Notes under the pieces: generated by a model
The model's input: the letters and a program-made list of their open reading frames with translations, nothing else
Told to the model about the DNA's origin: nothing
Database searches by the model: none
Assembly (NCBI GenBank): GCA_963790205.1
Contig: CAWBNQ010000005.1
Coordinates: forward strand, 32,001-96,000
Direction of reading: 5' to 3'
Source of the DNA: Nitrospirota bacterium
Lineage (GTDB): Bacteria > Nitrospirota > UBA9217
DNA length: 64,000 nucleotides
Made by a program: the position numbers and the translations under genes
In this document: positions 1 to 9,775 of the stretch, one piece after another
How the letters are laid out: each line of letters starts with the position of its first letter
Position numbering within the stretch: the first letter of the stretch is position 1

Positions 1-1
1 C

Positions 2-1384
2 TTCGAAGTCTCTCCTCACGAGATATACTCCCGCGGACTTTTTATCGTCAGCTTCGTCCTGTTCGGCCTGATAATCTCCCGCGTGGTGACGAAACACAAC
101 CAGGTCGCGGAAAAGCTTAAAAAGCATTCGGCTGCCATTGAATCCTCGATGGACGGCATCGCCATTTATGATCCTGACGGGGAGTACCTCTATGTGAACC
201 AGGCCTATGCCGCAACCAACGGCTACGAGAACCCGAAGGAAATTATCGGTAAGAACTGCAAGGCTGCATACGATGAAAAGGAATATCAGCGGATAGAACA
301 GTCGATCATGCCCGTGCTTCAAAAGGGCAGACGATGGCGGGGGGAATTGATCGCGCGGAGAAAGAATGGAAGCACCTATTTCCAGGAGGCTTCGATCACG
401 CTGCTTGAAGACGGAGGGCGCGTATGCATCGTCCGCGACATAACCTGGCGCAAGCGCAGCGAGGAGCGGCTGCACCGGTCGGAGCGCTTTCTCAATACCA
501 TCTTCAACAGCATCCGCGATCCCTTCTGCATCTTCGACAGCGATTTCAGGATCATCCGGGTCAATGAAGCCTACGCTCATATGAAGAACAGGCCGGCTGG
601 TGAATTGATCGGCATGAAATGCCATGAGGTCCTGGCGGAACGGGACAGCATGTGCGACGGCTGCGTCGTGGGCAAGACGCTCGACTCGGCCGATCCCTGC
701 GCCAAGGACAAGCTCGTCACCCTGCGGGACGGGACGGAAATCTGGATGGAAATATATACCTATCCCATCCTCGATGAGGACGGCAAGGTCTCGCACGTGA
801 TCGAATATACACGCGACATCACGGAACGCAAGAAGACCGAGGACGAGAAACGGCGCCTGATCGACAAACTGGAACACCTTTCGAAGACCGACGGTCTGAC
901 CGGCATGATCAACAGAAGAGCGCTTACCGACAGCCTGGCCTACGAGGTCGACCGTGCCAGGCGCTATCACTCGGAGCTGGCCATCATCCTGTGCGATATC
1001 GATAATTTCAAGGAAATAAACGATACCTACGGCCACGACACGGGAGACCGGGCGCTGCAGACGCTTTCCTCCACGTTGAAGACCATTCTCCGGAACAGTG
1101 ACATTGCCGGCAGGTACGGCGGGGACGAATTCATGCTTATCCTGCCTGAAACCACGGTCAGGGGCGCCGAAAGCCTTGCGGAAAAGCTTCTTTTCGCTGT
1201 TCGAGAGACCGAACTGCGCCTTCCGGACGACAGGCGTATCCGTCTTTCAATGAGCATCGGCATAGCCGGCCTTGAGACGGACCATATGGACGAGAACATC
1301 GACTTCTTCGTCAAACGCGCGGATGACGCAATGTATGTTTCAAAACAAGGCGGCAAGGACCGCGTTTCCATCGTCAACGTATGA
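2..1384 (+). CDS. PAS-PAS-GGDEF diguanylate cyclase (5'-truncated by window edge)
   Basis: Frame is open from position 2 (FEVSPHEIYSRGLFIVSFVLFGLIISRV..., TM-like). Two PAS/PAC domains, intact GGDEF motif and RxxD I-site (RNSDIAGRYGGDEF). Confidence 0.9.
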   Translation, partial: FEVSPHEIYSRGLFIVSFVLFGLIISRVVTKHNQVAEKLKKHSAAIESSMDGIAIYDPDGEYLYVNQAYAATNGYENPKEIIGKNCKAAYDEKEYQRIEQSIMPVLQKGRRWRGELIARRKNGSTYFQEASITLLEDGGRVCIVRDITWRKRSEERLHRSERFLNTIFNSIRDPFCIFDSDFRIIRVNEAYAHMKNRPAGELIGMKCHEVLAERDSMCDGCVVGKTLDSADPCAKDKLVTLRDGTEIWMEIYTYPILDEDGKVSHVIEYTRDITERKKTEDEKRRLIDKLEHLSKTDGLTGMINRRALTDSLAYEVDRARRYHSELAIILCDIDNFKEINDTYGHDTGDRALQTLSSTLKTILRNSDIAGRYGGDEFMLILPETTVRGAESLAEKLLFAVRETELRLPDDRRIRLSMSIGIAGLETDHMDENIDFFVKRADDAMYVSKQGGKDRVSIVNV

Positions 1385-1480
1385 ACCACGCGCCGGGTTT
1401 CTGAGAACGTTCCTTCCCCCCCTGCCGGCAACAACCTTCTCCGCTCAGTGTCGTGCGTCATCAATCTCTTTATACCGGTG

Positions 1481-1610
1481 GTCATTTTGAGCGCGGCGAA
1501 GAACCCCGCATTTTCAGACCATTGCAAGACCCTTCACGGAGCCCGTCCTGAGCAAGATTCTTCACTTCGCTACGCTCCGTTCAGAATGACTGCGAAGGGT
1601 TCAGGCTGAC
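1481..1610. repeat. Nested REP-like palindromic element between convergent genes
   Basis: Left arm GTCATTTTGAGCGCGGCGAAGAACCC pairs with AGATTCTTCAC...TTCAGAATGAC, which is itself embedded in a second unit CCCTTCACGG...GTCCTGAGC...GAAGGGTTCAGGCTGAC. Confidence 0.6.
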
Positions 1611-1642
1611 TGATTAAGCAAAGAAGCGTTGGACGCGCCACC

Positions 1643-3472
1643 CTAGCGTCCGGCGATCTCTTTGACCTTTTTCACGATCGCGTTTTTTGAGAGCTCTTCG
1701 AACTCCATGAGTTCCTCGGGTTTGCCGCTCTTCGGCATTTTTCGGACCGCGAGGGAATAGACGGGCGCCGGATGCTCCGCGATCGCGCTTTTGACCGCAT
1801 CTCCGATCCCGCCTTCGGCAAAATGGTCCTCAACCGTTATTATCGCGCCGGTCTCGCTTGCCGCCTGTCTGAGCGTTGACGCGTCGACGGGCTTGACGCT
1901 GTAGAGATCGATCACCCGGACCATGATTCCGGAAGCCTTCAATTCCTCATAGGCCTTGAGCGCCTCGTGGACCGTGATGCCCGCGGCCACGATGGTCGCG
2001 GCGTCCTTCCTGCTCGATTTGAGCGTTTTGCTCCCGCCGATGCGGAACACCTCGTCGTTGCGGTACAGGATCGGCAGGTCCTTTCGCGTCGTGCGCAGGT
2101 ACGCGATGCCCTTGTGTTCCGCCATTGCCTCGACGAGCTTTTCCGTTGACACGGCGTCCGACGGGTAGAGCACAACGCTGTCCAAAAGGGTCCTGAACAT
2201 GGCCAGGTCCTCGAGCCCCATCTGCGACGACCCGTCTTCGCCGATGGACACGCCGGCATGGGACCCGCAGAATTTTATGTTGGCGCGGGAATACTGGCAC
2301 ATCCGTATCTGGTCAAAGGCCCGGGTCAGGAAAGCGGCAAAGGTCGATACAAAGGGGACCTTACCCCGGAGCGAGAGGCCGAGGGCGGTGCCGACCATAT
2401 TTTGTTCGGCAATGAACATTTCGAAGAATTGTTCGGGGTGCACTTCCTTGAACAGTTCAGAAAAGGTGGAGTTGCTCACCTCCGCGTCGAGCACCACCAT
2501 GTGCGGGAACCGGGGCGAGATGCGCACCAGCGCGCTCCCGTACGCATGCCTCGTGGACACCGGTCTATCACCCGTATAGGCCGGGGGACGGACCATTTGC
2601 TCCGCCCGCACTGCCGGCCGGCGCCGTTCCGGTTTGGCTATCTGTCCCCTGATCGTTTTGTCGACCGGTCCCAGCTCCTCGAGCGCGCGGGCAAGCTCAT
2701 CTTTTTTGAGCGGTTTGCCGTGCCATCCGTTCTTGTCCTCGATGAACGACACGCCTTTGCCTTTGATGGTCCTGGCGATGATCATGACGGGCTTGTTCCG
2801 GGCCTCCAGCGCCTGCTTATACGCGGTAAGGATCTGGGGAAGATGATGGCCGTCGATGACGATCGGTTCCCAGCCGAAGGCCGATACCCGGTCCTTATAC
2901 ACCGTAAGGTCATGACCGTACATGGTCTCGCCGCGCTGTCCTAAACGGTTCACATCCATGATGCCGATGAGGTTGTCGAGCTTGTAATAGGCGGCAAGCT
3001 CCATGGCCTCCCACTGCGATCCTTCGGCCATTTCGCTGTCTCCCAGAAGCACGTAGGTACGATAGGGGAGCTTGTCGAGATATTTTGCGTTCAATGCCAT
3101 GCCCGCGCCGATCGAAAGCCCCTGCCCCAGGGAACCGGTGGCGGCTTCGGTGTATTGGAAGGCGGGCGTCGGATGTCCTTCGAGAGGACTGCCAAACTTT
3201 CTGAAGCTCAGGAGTTCCTTTTCCGTGACTTTCCCGGCAGCAGCCCATATCGAGTAGAAGAGCGGCGACGCATGGCCCTTGGAGAAGATCAACCGGTCGT
3301 TGTTCGGCTGACGGGGGTCGTCGAGATCGTATTTGAACGTTCCCCCGAACAGGAGGCCCGTCATCAGGTCCGCGGCCGACAGCGACGACGTCGGGTGCCC
3401 CGAGCCCGCCTCAGTGGACATGACAAGGCTGTAGTAACGGATGAGCTTGGCGATGCTTTCAAGGTCGTTCAT
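1643..3472 (-). CDS. tkt: Transketolase
   Basis: GSGHPTSSLS, SKGHASP, GSLGQG, TPP motif GDSEMAEG...N, FIAEQNMV, EDGSSQM. Confidence 0.95.
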   Translation of the reverse strand: MNDLESIAKLIRYYSLVMSTEAGSGHPTSSLSAADLMTGLLFGGTFKYDLDDPRQPNNDRLIFSKGHASPLFYSIWAAAGKVTEKELLSFRKFGSPLEGHPTPAFQYTEAATGSLGQGLSIGAGMALNAKYLDKLPYRTYVLLGDSEMAEGSQWEAMELAAYYKLDNLIGIMDVNRLGQRGETMYGHDLTVYKDRVSAFGWEPIVIDGHHLPQILTAYKQALEARNKPVMIIARTIKGKGVSFIEDKNGWHGKPLKKDELARALEELGPVDKTIRGQIAKPERRRPAVRAEQMVRPPAYTGDRPVSTRHAYGSALVRISPRFPHMVVLDAEVSNSTFSELFKEVHPEQFFEMFIAEQNMVGTALGLSLRGKVPFVSTFAAFLTRAFDQIRMCQYSRANIKFCGSHAGVSIGEDGSSQMGLEDLAMFRTLLDSVVLYPSDAVSTEKLVEAMAEHKGIAYLRTTRKDLPILYRNDEVFRIGGSKTLKSSRKDAATIVAAGITVHEALKAYEELKASGIMVRVIDLYSVKPVDASTLRQAASETGAIITVEDHFAEGGIGDAVKSAIAEHPAPVYSLAVRKMPKSGKPEELMEFEELSKNAIVKKVKEIAGR

Positions 3473-3494
3473 AAGAACCTCCGAAATTCAATGC

Positions 3495-3556
3495 AGGTTA
3501 AGACTGAGGCTGAGGTCGAGAAGACTTAACCTGAATCTGAGCCTCAACCTCAACCT
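3495..3556. repeat. Inverted array of 6-nt tandem repeats (AGGYTG / CAACCT)
   Basis: AGGTTA AGACTG AGGCTG AGGTCG ... TAACCT GAATCT GAGCCT CAACCT CAACCT; sister copy at 24839-24889. Confidence 0.75.
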
Positions 3557-3569
3557 TTTTCTCTATCGT

Positions 3570-5003
3570 TTATATCAGACTCTGTATCGTCTTCTTGATA
3601 ATATCAATAAGCGGCCCGGGATATACCCCGAGCCAGACCAGCGAGATCGTGAGCCCCGCGAGCACTGCTTTGCCCGAGAGAGACAGCGCCGGACTTGCCG
3701 CGGTTTCCTCCTCCGGATGCGCATACACGGCTCCAACGATCCTCAGATAGTAAAACAGCCCGATGGCGCTGTTTATGACGAGGGCCATCACGAGAAGCCA
3801 GAGCGCAGACCCCATACCCGCGGCAACCACATAAAATTTCCCGATGAACCCGGCGGTAAGCGGGATGCCGGCCAGGGAAAGCAGCATGGCGGTAAAGACC
3901 CCGGCAAGCCACGGCCTGCGCCATGCAAGACCCGTGTAATCATCCATGCTGTCCGCGTCCCGGTCCTTATCCGAGAGCACGGTCACGACGCCGAAAGCGC
4001 CGAGGGTGGTCACGAAGTAAGCGGCGAGGTAGAAGGCCGCTGCGCTCACTGCCAGCGGTCCGCTTGCAAGCAGGGTCACCAGAAGATAACCGAGGTGGGA
4101 TATGGACGAGTACGCCAGGATGCGCTTTACGTTCCGCTGGAGCAGGGCGAGCAGATTGCCGGCGAACATGGAAGCGATAGCGGTGATCGTAAGGATCACG
4201 AACAGGGATTGATGGGCGTGGAGATCGACGCGGGAGAAGTAACGCAGCACGAGGGCGAACACCGCTCCCTTGGACACGGTGGCGATAAAGGCCGTGACCG
4301 GCGCGGGCGCGCCCTCATATACGTCGGGCGTCCACATGTGGAAGGGGACCACGCCGAGCTTGAAGCCGAGGCCGATGACGATCATCCCGAGGCCCGCCGT
4401 GAACGGAAGACCGTGCACGCCCGAGGCCGTTGCGCGCAGGGCGATCTGCGCGAATTCCATGCTTCCGGTCTCGGCGTAGACGAGCGCCATCCCGAACAGA
4501 ATGAAGGCGGAAGAAACAGCCGCCAGGATCAGGTACTTGACGCCCGCTTCGATGCTGCGGTCGCTGTGCCTGAGATAGGCGGCCAGCGCATAGAGCGAGA
4601 CGCTCAAGACCTCGATGCCGAGGAAGAGGGAGGCGAAGTGGTCGCTCGCAACGAGCACAGCCGTGCCGAGCGTAGCGAAGAGAAGGAGAAGGTAGAACTC
4701 TTCATGGCGGCCGATATGAATGTCCAGATACGAGTAGGCGAGGGAAGCTACAACAAAGGACGCGAAAAAGATCAAACCCATGTAATAGAGCGCGTAGTGG
4801 TCGATGATGAGAAGCCGGGTAACATTTCGCGGCGCCGCCGCGGAGATGAAGGGGAGGGAAGCCGCGGCCAAAAAAAGCCCCGCGAGCGTAAGGATGGCCG
4901 TGAGCCTGTGGTCCCGGTAAAAAGCGATCACCAGCATGATCACGATCGACGTGGCGGCAATGATGATGAGGGGAAGGAGGGCTGTCATATCCGCGGCGTT
5001 CAT
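3570..5003 (-). CDS. nuoN: NADH-quinone oxidoreductase subunit N
   Basis: EAGVKYLIL, FKLGVVPFHMWTPDVYEGAP, KRILAYSSISHLGY; last gene of the nuo operon. Confidence 0.95.
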   Translation of the reverse strand: MNAADMTALLPLIIIAATSIVIMLVIAFYRDHRLTAILTLAGLFLAAASLPFISAAAPRNVTRLLIIDHYALYYMGLIFFASFVVASLAYSYLDIHIGRHEEFYLLLLFATLGTAVLVASDHFASLFLGIEVLSVSLYALAAYLRHSDRSIEAGVKYLILAAVSSAFILFGMALVYAETGSMEFAQIALRATASGVHGLPFTAGLGMIVIGLGFKLGVVPFHMWTPDVYEGAPAPVTAFIATVSKGAVFALVLRYFSRVDLHAHQSLFVILTITAIASMFAGNLLALLQRNVKRILAYSSISHLGYLLVTLLASGPLAVSAAAFYLAAYFVTTLGAFGVVTVLSDKDRDADSMDDYTGLAWRRPWLAGVFTAMLLSLAGIPLTAGFIGKFYVVAAGMGSALWLLVMALVINSAIGLFYYLRIVGAVYAHPEEETAASPALSLSGKAVLAGLTISLVWLGVYPGPLIDIIKKTIQSLI

Positions 5004-6550
5004 TTTGCCCCTCCCTGCAGCCCCGCGCGCAGCAATGGCCCGCCCGCGGCCCCCGGCGGCGCGTTGTCATGCGATGAAAGCGCACGGTTCTGCAGCGCGC
5101 TCAGGACAGGACCGGTCGTGTTCAGTATCGGCCGCGGGTAGAGACCCAGCCAGAAAATAGCAATGATCAAGGCCGTCATGATCCCTGTCTCAAGTTTCGA
5201 GAGATCGGGTATTTTCCATATCCCGCGAGGCTCTCCGTGGAAAACGCGCTGGACCATCCAGAGAGAATAGATGGCGGCGAATACGAGCCCGGCTGCCGCG
5301 AATGCGGTCACGAACAGGTTCACCCGGTATGCGCCGAGGAGGACCATGAACTCAGCCACGAAGTTCCCGAAGCCCGGCAGCCCGAGGGAGGCCAGGGCGA
5401 AGACCAGGGCCATGCCGCTCAGGCGGGGTACTGTGGACCAGAAGCCGCCCATGCGGTCCATGTCGCGGGTATGGATCCGCTCCTGGACCATGCCGGCGAT
5501 GACGAACAAGGCGCCGGTGCTCACGCCATGGGCGAGCATTTGCATGATCGCGCCCTGCATGGCCGTCATGTTCCAGGCGAAGATGCCGAGGAGCACGAAG
5601 CCCATGTGGCTGACGCTGGTATACGCCACGAGCCGTTTGAGATCGGTCTGGGCAAAGGCGAGCACGGCGCCGTAGATAATGCCGATAACGGCCATGATCA
5701 TGACCGCCGGAGCAATGGCCATGGCCGCTTCGGGGAAAAGGGGCAGCACGAACCGCAGAAGACCGTAAGCCCCGGTCTTGAGGAGCAGCCCCGCGAGGAT
5801 GACGCTCCCGGCCGTCGGCGCCTCGGTATGCGCGTCGGGCAGCCAGGGGTGGAAGGGGACCATCGGGAGCTTCACGGCAAAGGAAATAAAGAACCCCAGC
5901 ATGAGCCAGAAGGCCGCCTTCGGCGTCAGGGAGGTCCCGAGGAGCAGGGAATAGTCAAAAGTGTATACGCCCGTGGACCTGCCGTGTATGAAATAGAGGC
6001 CGAGGATCGAGAGCAGCATGAGCAGGCCGCCGGCCTGGGTAAACAGGAAGAACTTGAGCGAGGCGTAGGCCCGGTTCTCATGCCCCCAGATACTGATGAG
6101 GAAATACATGGGCACGAGCATCAGTTCCCAGAAGAAGTAGAAGAGGAACAGGTCGAGCGACAGGAACACGCCGAGGATGCCGGCAAGGATCGCCATCAGG
6201 TTCAGGTGGAAGAAACCGGTCTTTTCACGGACCTCGGTCCAGGAACAGGCCACGGAGACGATGCCCAGGAAGAGGGTGAGCGCAACAAGCACAAGGCTCA
6301 GCCCGTCCATGGCCAGATGAATACTGATGCCGAGCTGGGGGACCCAGGGCCTGTTCAGTTCGAGCAGCCAGGTCCCGCGTCCGAGCGCGGTTTGTGCTGA
6401 AGATTCCGACCAGAACGATATCAGCAGGACGAGATCGAGCACGAGAGCCGCGAGCGAGATGAATCGCGGCGCTAAATCGCTCTTCCTGCCAAATAGCCAG
6501 GCAGCCAGTCCGCCGATGAGCGGTATGATGATCAACAATGCAAGAATCAT
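5000..6550 (-). CDS. nuoM: NADH-quinone oxidoreductase subunit M
   Basis: FFWELMLVPMY, VKLPMVPFHPWLPDAHTEAPTAGS, DLKRLVAYTSVSHMG; 4-bp overlap with nuoN. Confidence 0.95.
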   Translation of the reverse strand: MILALLIIIPLIGGLAAWLFGRKSDLAPRFISLAALVLDLVLLISFWSESSAQTALGRGTWLLELNRPWVPQLGISIHLAMDGLSLVLVALTLFLGIVSVACSWTEVREKTGFFHLNLMAILAGILGVFLSLDLFLFYFFWELMLVPMYFLISIWGHENRAYASLKFFLFTQAGGLLMLLSILGLYFIHGRSTGVYTFDYSLLLGTSLTPKAAFWLMLGFFISFAVKLPMVPFHPWLPDAHTEAPTAGSVILAGLLLKTGAYGLLRFVLPLFPEAAMAIAPAVMIMAVIGIIYGAVLAFAQTDLKRLVAYTSVSHMGFVLLGIFAWNMTAMQGAIMQMLAHGVSTGALFVIAGMVQERIHTRDMDRMGGFWSTVPRLSGMALVFALASLGLPGFGNFVAEFMVLLGAYRVNLFVTAFAAAGLVFAAIYSLWMVQRVFHGEPRGIWKIPDLSKLETGIMTALIIAIFWLGLYPRPILNTTGPVLSALQNRALSSHDNAPPGAAGGPLLRAGLQGGAK

Positions 6551-6560
6551 ATTATGTAAT

Positions 6561-6580
6561 TCCTCCCACGAGGGGAGGGG
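6561..6580. repeat. Remnant CCTCCC-N5-GGGAGG hairpin repeat
   Basis: TCCTCCCACGAGGGGAGGGG in the nuoL-nuoM gap; same hairpin type as the element inside nuoG (13025-13099). Confidence 0.45.
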
Positions 6581-6588
6581 TTAAACTT

Positions 6589-8484
6589 TCATTGAAGGAA
6601 GACAATAATTCCCAGGAACACGACAGCCCCGATCGCTATTCCCATCGCGTACCAGCGAATGCTGCCTGTCTGCGTAAAGCTTAATACATGGTGAACGGCC
6701 CGGTTGAATCTGGCGAGCTCCGTGTATCCTGAATCAATAAAGTCGTCCTTGTTCGCGCGGGCCGCCCGGATGTACGGTCTGACAAAAAGCGTATCATACA
6801 GCCGGTCAAAGCCCCAGCCCGATAACCAGAAGCGCCGCAAAGACGCGACCGCGGGAGTTTGGGCAAGCTTCTCCGCATCTTGAGGCCGCCGAAGGAAGAA
6901 CAGCCAGGCCATGAAAATTCCGGCAAGCGATATGATCGAGGCTATAATTTGCAGGGTCAATTCATCGCCTCCAGTGCTCGTTACCGGTGCTGTCCCCGGG
7001 AAAACAGGCCGCATGAAATCAGTGAACAGGGGGAGATTGCCGAGCGTTTTCGGCAGCTCAACGAAGCCCCCGATGATCGACAAAAACGCAAGGACGAGCA
7101 GCGGTACGGTCGTGAGAACGCCGGGCTTCCAGCCCACCTCCATCTTTGCCGGGCCGAAGAACGTGATGAAGACCATACGGAACGTGTAGAGCGACGTGAG
7201 CAGTGCGCCTACGAGCCCCGCGGCCCAGAGGAGGCGGCCCCCCAGGGGCGATGACCATGCCTGCCAGAGGATGAGGTCCTTGCTGTAAAATCCGGCGGTC
7301 ACGAGGGGCAGCGCGGAGAGCGAAGAGGCGCCGATAAGAAAGGTCCAGAACGTGACCGGGAGCCTGTTCCTCAAACCTCCCATCTTGAACATATCGTGTT
7401 CATCATGCTGGGCCAGGATCACCACGCCCGCAGCGAGGAACAGGAGCGCCTTGAAGAAGGCATGGGTCATGAAATGAAACATGGCCGCGGACCAGGCCCC
7501 GACCCCCAGGGCGACGAACATATAGCCGATCTGGCTGATCGTGGAATAAGCAAGGACCCGCTTGATGTCCTTTTGCGCGAGCGCGCTGAATCCCGCGATC
7601 AGCAGGGTAGCGGCCCCGATCACGGCGATTGCGAACTGCACGGGCGGCGCGAGGGCGAAGAGCACGTGCGTGCGCGCGATCAAGTAAACGCCGGCGGTCA
7701 CCATGGTCGCGGCATGGATCAGGGCGCTCACCGGGGTGGGCCCGGCCATGGCGTCCGGCAGCCAGGTCTGGAGCGGGAGCTGGGCAGACTTGCCCACGGC
7801 ACCCCCGAGCAGCAGCGCTGAGGCAAAAACGGCCGTCAACGAGCCGACGGGCCATTGTTTTGAGGCGTCCTGCATCAGCTCCTGGATGTTGAGCGTGCCC
7901 AGGTTCGTGAACAGCAGGAAAAGCCCGAGCGCCATGGCCGTATCGCCGATACGCGTAACGATGAAGGCCTTGCGCGCCGCACGGCCGTTCGCCGGGTCTT
8001 TGTACCAGAAGCCGATCAGGAGATAGCTGCAGAGGCCCACGCCTTCCCATCCGAGATAGAGAAGCAGCAGGTTATCGGCAAGCACGAGGGTCAGCATGGA
8101 GCCGACGAAGAGGTTCATGTACGCGAAGAACCGGCTGTACCCCTCTTCGTCCAGCATGTGCTCGGTGGAATAGAGGTGGATCAAAAATCCCACGACCGTG
8201 ACGACGAGCGCCATGAGCAAAGACAGCGGGTCGAGGTAAAAAGATATGGCCGAAGAATAGCCGTCAAACTGCATCCAGGTCCAGAGCGTTTGGGTGAAGG
8301 CATGGTCTTGGGGAGGCGCAGTAATGAACCGGACGCCGATAAGGACCGTAAGAACGGCTGACAGCCCCACGGAGCCGGTCCCTACCGCGGCAATGGCTGT
8401 CTTCGAAAGACGCCGGCCCGCGAGCGCCAGGACAAGGAACCCGGCAAAGGGGAGAGCGGGTATGAGGAAGAGGAGATCGTTCAT
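6589..8484 (-). CDS. nuoL: NADH-quinone oxidoreductase subunit L
   Basis: GWEGVGLCSYLLIGFW, GKSAQLPLQTWLPDAMAGPTPVSALIHAATMV. Confidence 0.95.
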   Translation of the reverse strand: MNDLLFLIPALPFAGFLVLALAGRRLSKTAIAAVGTGSVGLSAVLTVLIGVRFITAPPQDHAFTQTLWTWMQFDGYSSAISFYLDPLSLLMALVVTVVGFLIHLYSTEHMLDEEGYSRFFAYMNLFVGSMLTLVLADNLLLLYLGWEGVGLCSYLLIGFWYKDPANGRAARKAFIVTRIGDTAMALGLFLLFTNLGTLNIQELMQDASKQWPVGSLTAVFASALLLGGAVGKSAQLPLQTWLPDAMAGPTPVSALIHAATMVTAGVYLIARTHVLFALAPPVQFAIAVIGAATLLIAGFSALAQKDIKRVLAYSTISQIGYMFVALGVGAWSAAMFHFMTHAFFKALLFLAAGVVILAQHDEHDMFKMGGLRNRLPVTFWTFLIGASSLSALPLVTAGFYSKDLILWQAWSSPLGGRLLWAAGLVGALLTSLYTFRMVFITFFGPAKMEVGWKPGVLTTVPLLVLAFLSIIGGFVELPKTLGNLPLFTDFMRPVFPGTAPVTSTGGDELTLQIIASIISLAGIFMAWLFFLRRPQDAEKLAQTPAVASLRRFWLSGWGFDRLYDTLFVRPYIRAARANKDDFIDSGYTELARFNRAVHHVLSFTQTGSIRWYAMGIAIGAVVFLGIIVFLQ

Positions 8485-8505
8485 AGTTCAGAGTCCGTAG
8501 TTCGG
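8485..8505. repeat. Single arm of 7-nt tandem repeats abutting the nuoL start codon
   Basis: AGTTCAG AGTCCGT AGTTCGG; same unit as 15722-15749. Confidence 0.6.
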
Positions 8506-8525
8506 TGCGCTCACGATAAAGATAT

Positions 8526-8837
8526 TCACCCTTTCATCGTTGACGCCGAATCGGCATTCAGCGTTTTGAAACTGTGATGGAACTGGATCACGAGCGCCAG
8601 GCCGACCGAAACCTCGGCCGCGGCCATGGTGAGAATGAAAATGAACATGATCTGGCCGTCGACCTGTCCCCAGCGGGCGCCGGCAACCACGAAGGCCAGG
8701 CCCACGGCGTTCAGCATGACCTCGATGGACATGAGCATGAACACGATGTTACGGCGAGCCAATACACCGGCCAGGCCGAGCACGAAAAGTACGGCGGCAA
8801 GGATCAGGCCGTGTTCCATGGGGACGTTTGCGATCAT
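8526..8837 (-). CDS. nuoK: NADH-quinone oxidoreductase subunit K
   Basis: [37 protein letters not shown]. Confidence 0.95.
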   Translation of the reverse strand: MIANVPMEHGLILAAVLFVLGLAGVLARRNIVFMLMSIEVMLNAVGLAFVVAGARWGQVDGQIMFIFILTMAAAEVSVGLALVIQFHHSFKTLNADSASTMKG

Positions 8838-8854
8838 GAAAGCTCCTCAAATTT

Positions 8855-9175
8855 GCCACAGAGGCACAGAGACTCAGAGAATAACTCGTTGGATCCCATC
8901 TTTTAAAACCGGCACGTTGAAATTGATCAGTAATCCCAACTTCTTTTCTGTTAGTCTTAACTATGACAGTACTTGTGCCTTAAATACAGGGTCCATTCTA
9001 TCAACTGCTTTAAATTCTACGATGACTTCACTTCAATGAGAAAGTCGAGTCTATGCTCTCCTAAGTTCGTACCCTTGTATGTACCCAATTGCACACTTGA
9101 TGGTTTTGTCGGTAATAATGTTTAACTTATCTGTAGTTATTTTTTCCATTCTTAGTGTCTCCGTGTCTCGGTGGC
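8855..9175. mobile_element. Inverted-tandem-repeat element (8-nt period) carrying a decayed GxxExxY gene
   Basis: Left arm GCCACAGAG GCACAGAG ACTCAGAG; right arm CTTAGTGT CTCCGTGT CTCGGTGGC; AT-rich interior. Confidence 0.75.
8874..9149 (-). pseudogene. GxxExxY (PD-(D/E)XK) protein pseudogene
   Basis: My translation: MEKITTDKLNIITDKTIKCAIG / YKGTNLGEHRLDFLIE / EVIVEFKAVDRMDPVFKAQVLS*LRLTEKKLGLLINFNVPVLKDGIQRVIL*. Homologous to 14037-14417 and 48607-48984, with the GxxExxY segment deleted, frameshifts and an internal TAG. Confidence 0.85.
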
Positions 9176-9183
9176 GTATAGTA

Positions 9184-9678
9184 TTAATGTTTATGCGGCC
9201 TGCCTAAATGGTAGGCCCCGATAAGCCCTGCCAGGAGCAGCAGGGAGGCCAGCTCGACGCCGAGCACGTAAGGGCCGAAAAGCGCCATGCCGACCTGCTT
9301 GGGGCCGACGAGTTCCATTGCGGAAAGTCTCGCGCGATCGACCGTGAATAGATAGATCAGCTCCGCGGCCAGAATTACGATCAGGACCGACGGTCCGATC
9401 CAGATCCCCGGGCTCATTAATTGTGATTCCTGCTTTGACGCCTGGGCGCCGATGTTCAGCATCATGATGACGAACACAAAGAGCACCATGATGGCGCCGG
9501 CGTAGATGATCACTTCGAGCGCGGCCACGAAGGGCGCGCCCAGGGAAAAGAAAATGAGCGCCACGGCCAACAGCGACACGATCAGGTACAGGAGCGCGTG
9601 CACGGCGTTCTTCCTGGTGATGACTATGAGGGTGGACACTGCCGCAACGACGGCTGATATGTAGAAAAGAAGATTCAT
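9184..9678 (-). CDS. nuoJ: NADH-quinone oxidoreductase subunit J
   Basis: NAVHALLYLI, EVIIYAGAIMVLFVFVIMMLN, ELASLLLLAGLIGA. Confidence 0.95.
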   Translation of the reverse strand: MNLLFYISAVVAAVSTLIVITRKNAVHALLYLIVSLLAVALIFFSLGAPFVAALEVIIYAGAIMVLFVFVIMMLNIGAQASKQESQLMSPGIWIGPSVLIVILAAELIYLFTVDRARLSAMELVGPKQVGMALFGPYVLGVELASLLLLAGLIGAYHLGRPHKH

Positions 9679-9692
9679 TTGAAAAACCTTTT

Positions 9693-9769
9693 GCCACAGA
9701 GGCTCAGAGACACAGAGGAATAAGTAAAGTAATTTTGAAGTCTGCTCTGTGCCACTGTGCCTCCGTGGC
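9693..9769. mobile_element. Gene-less (MITE-like) copy of the 8-nt-period GCCAC...GTGGC element
   Basis: GCCACAGAG GCTCAGAG ACACAGAG, a 27-nt AT-rich spacer, then CTCTGTGC CACTGTGC CTCCGTGGC; arms nearly identical to 8855-9175. Confidence 0.75.
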
Positions 9770-9775
9770 GGATGT

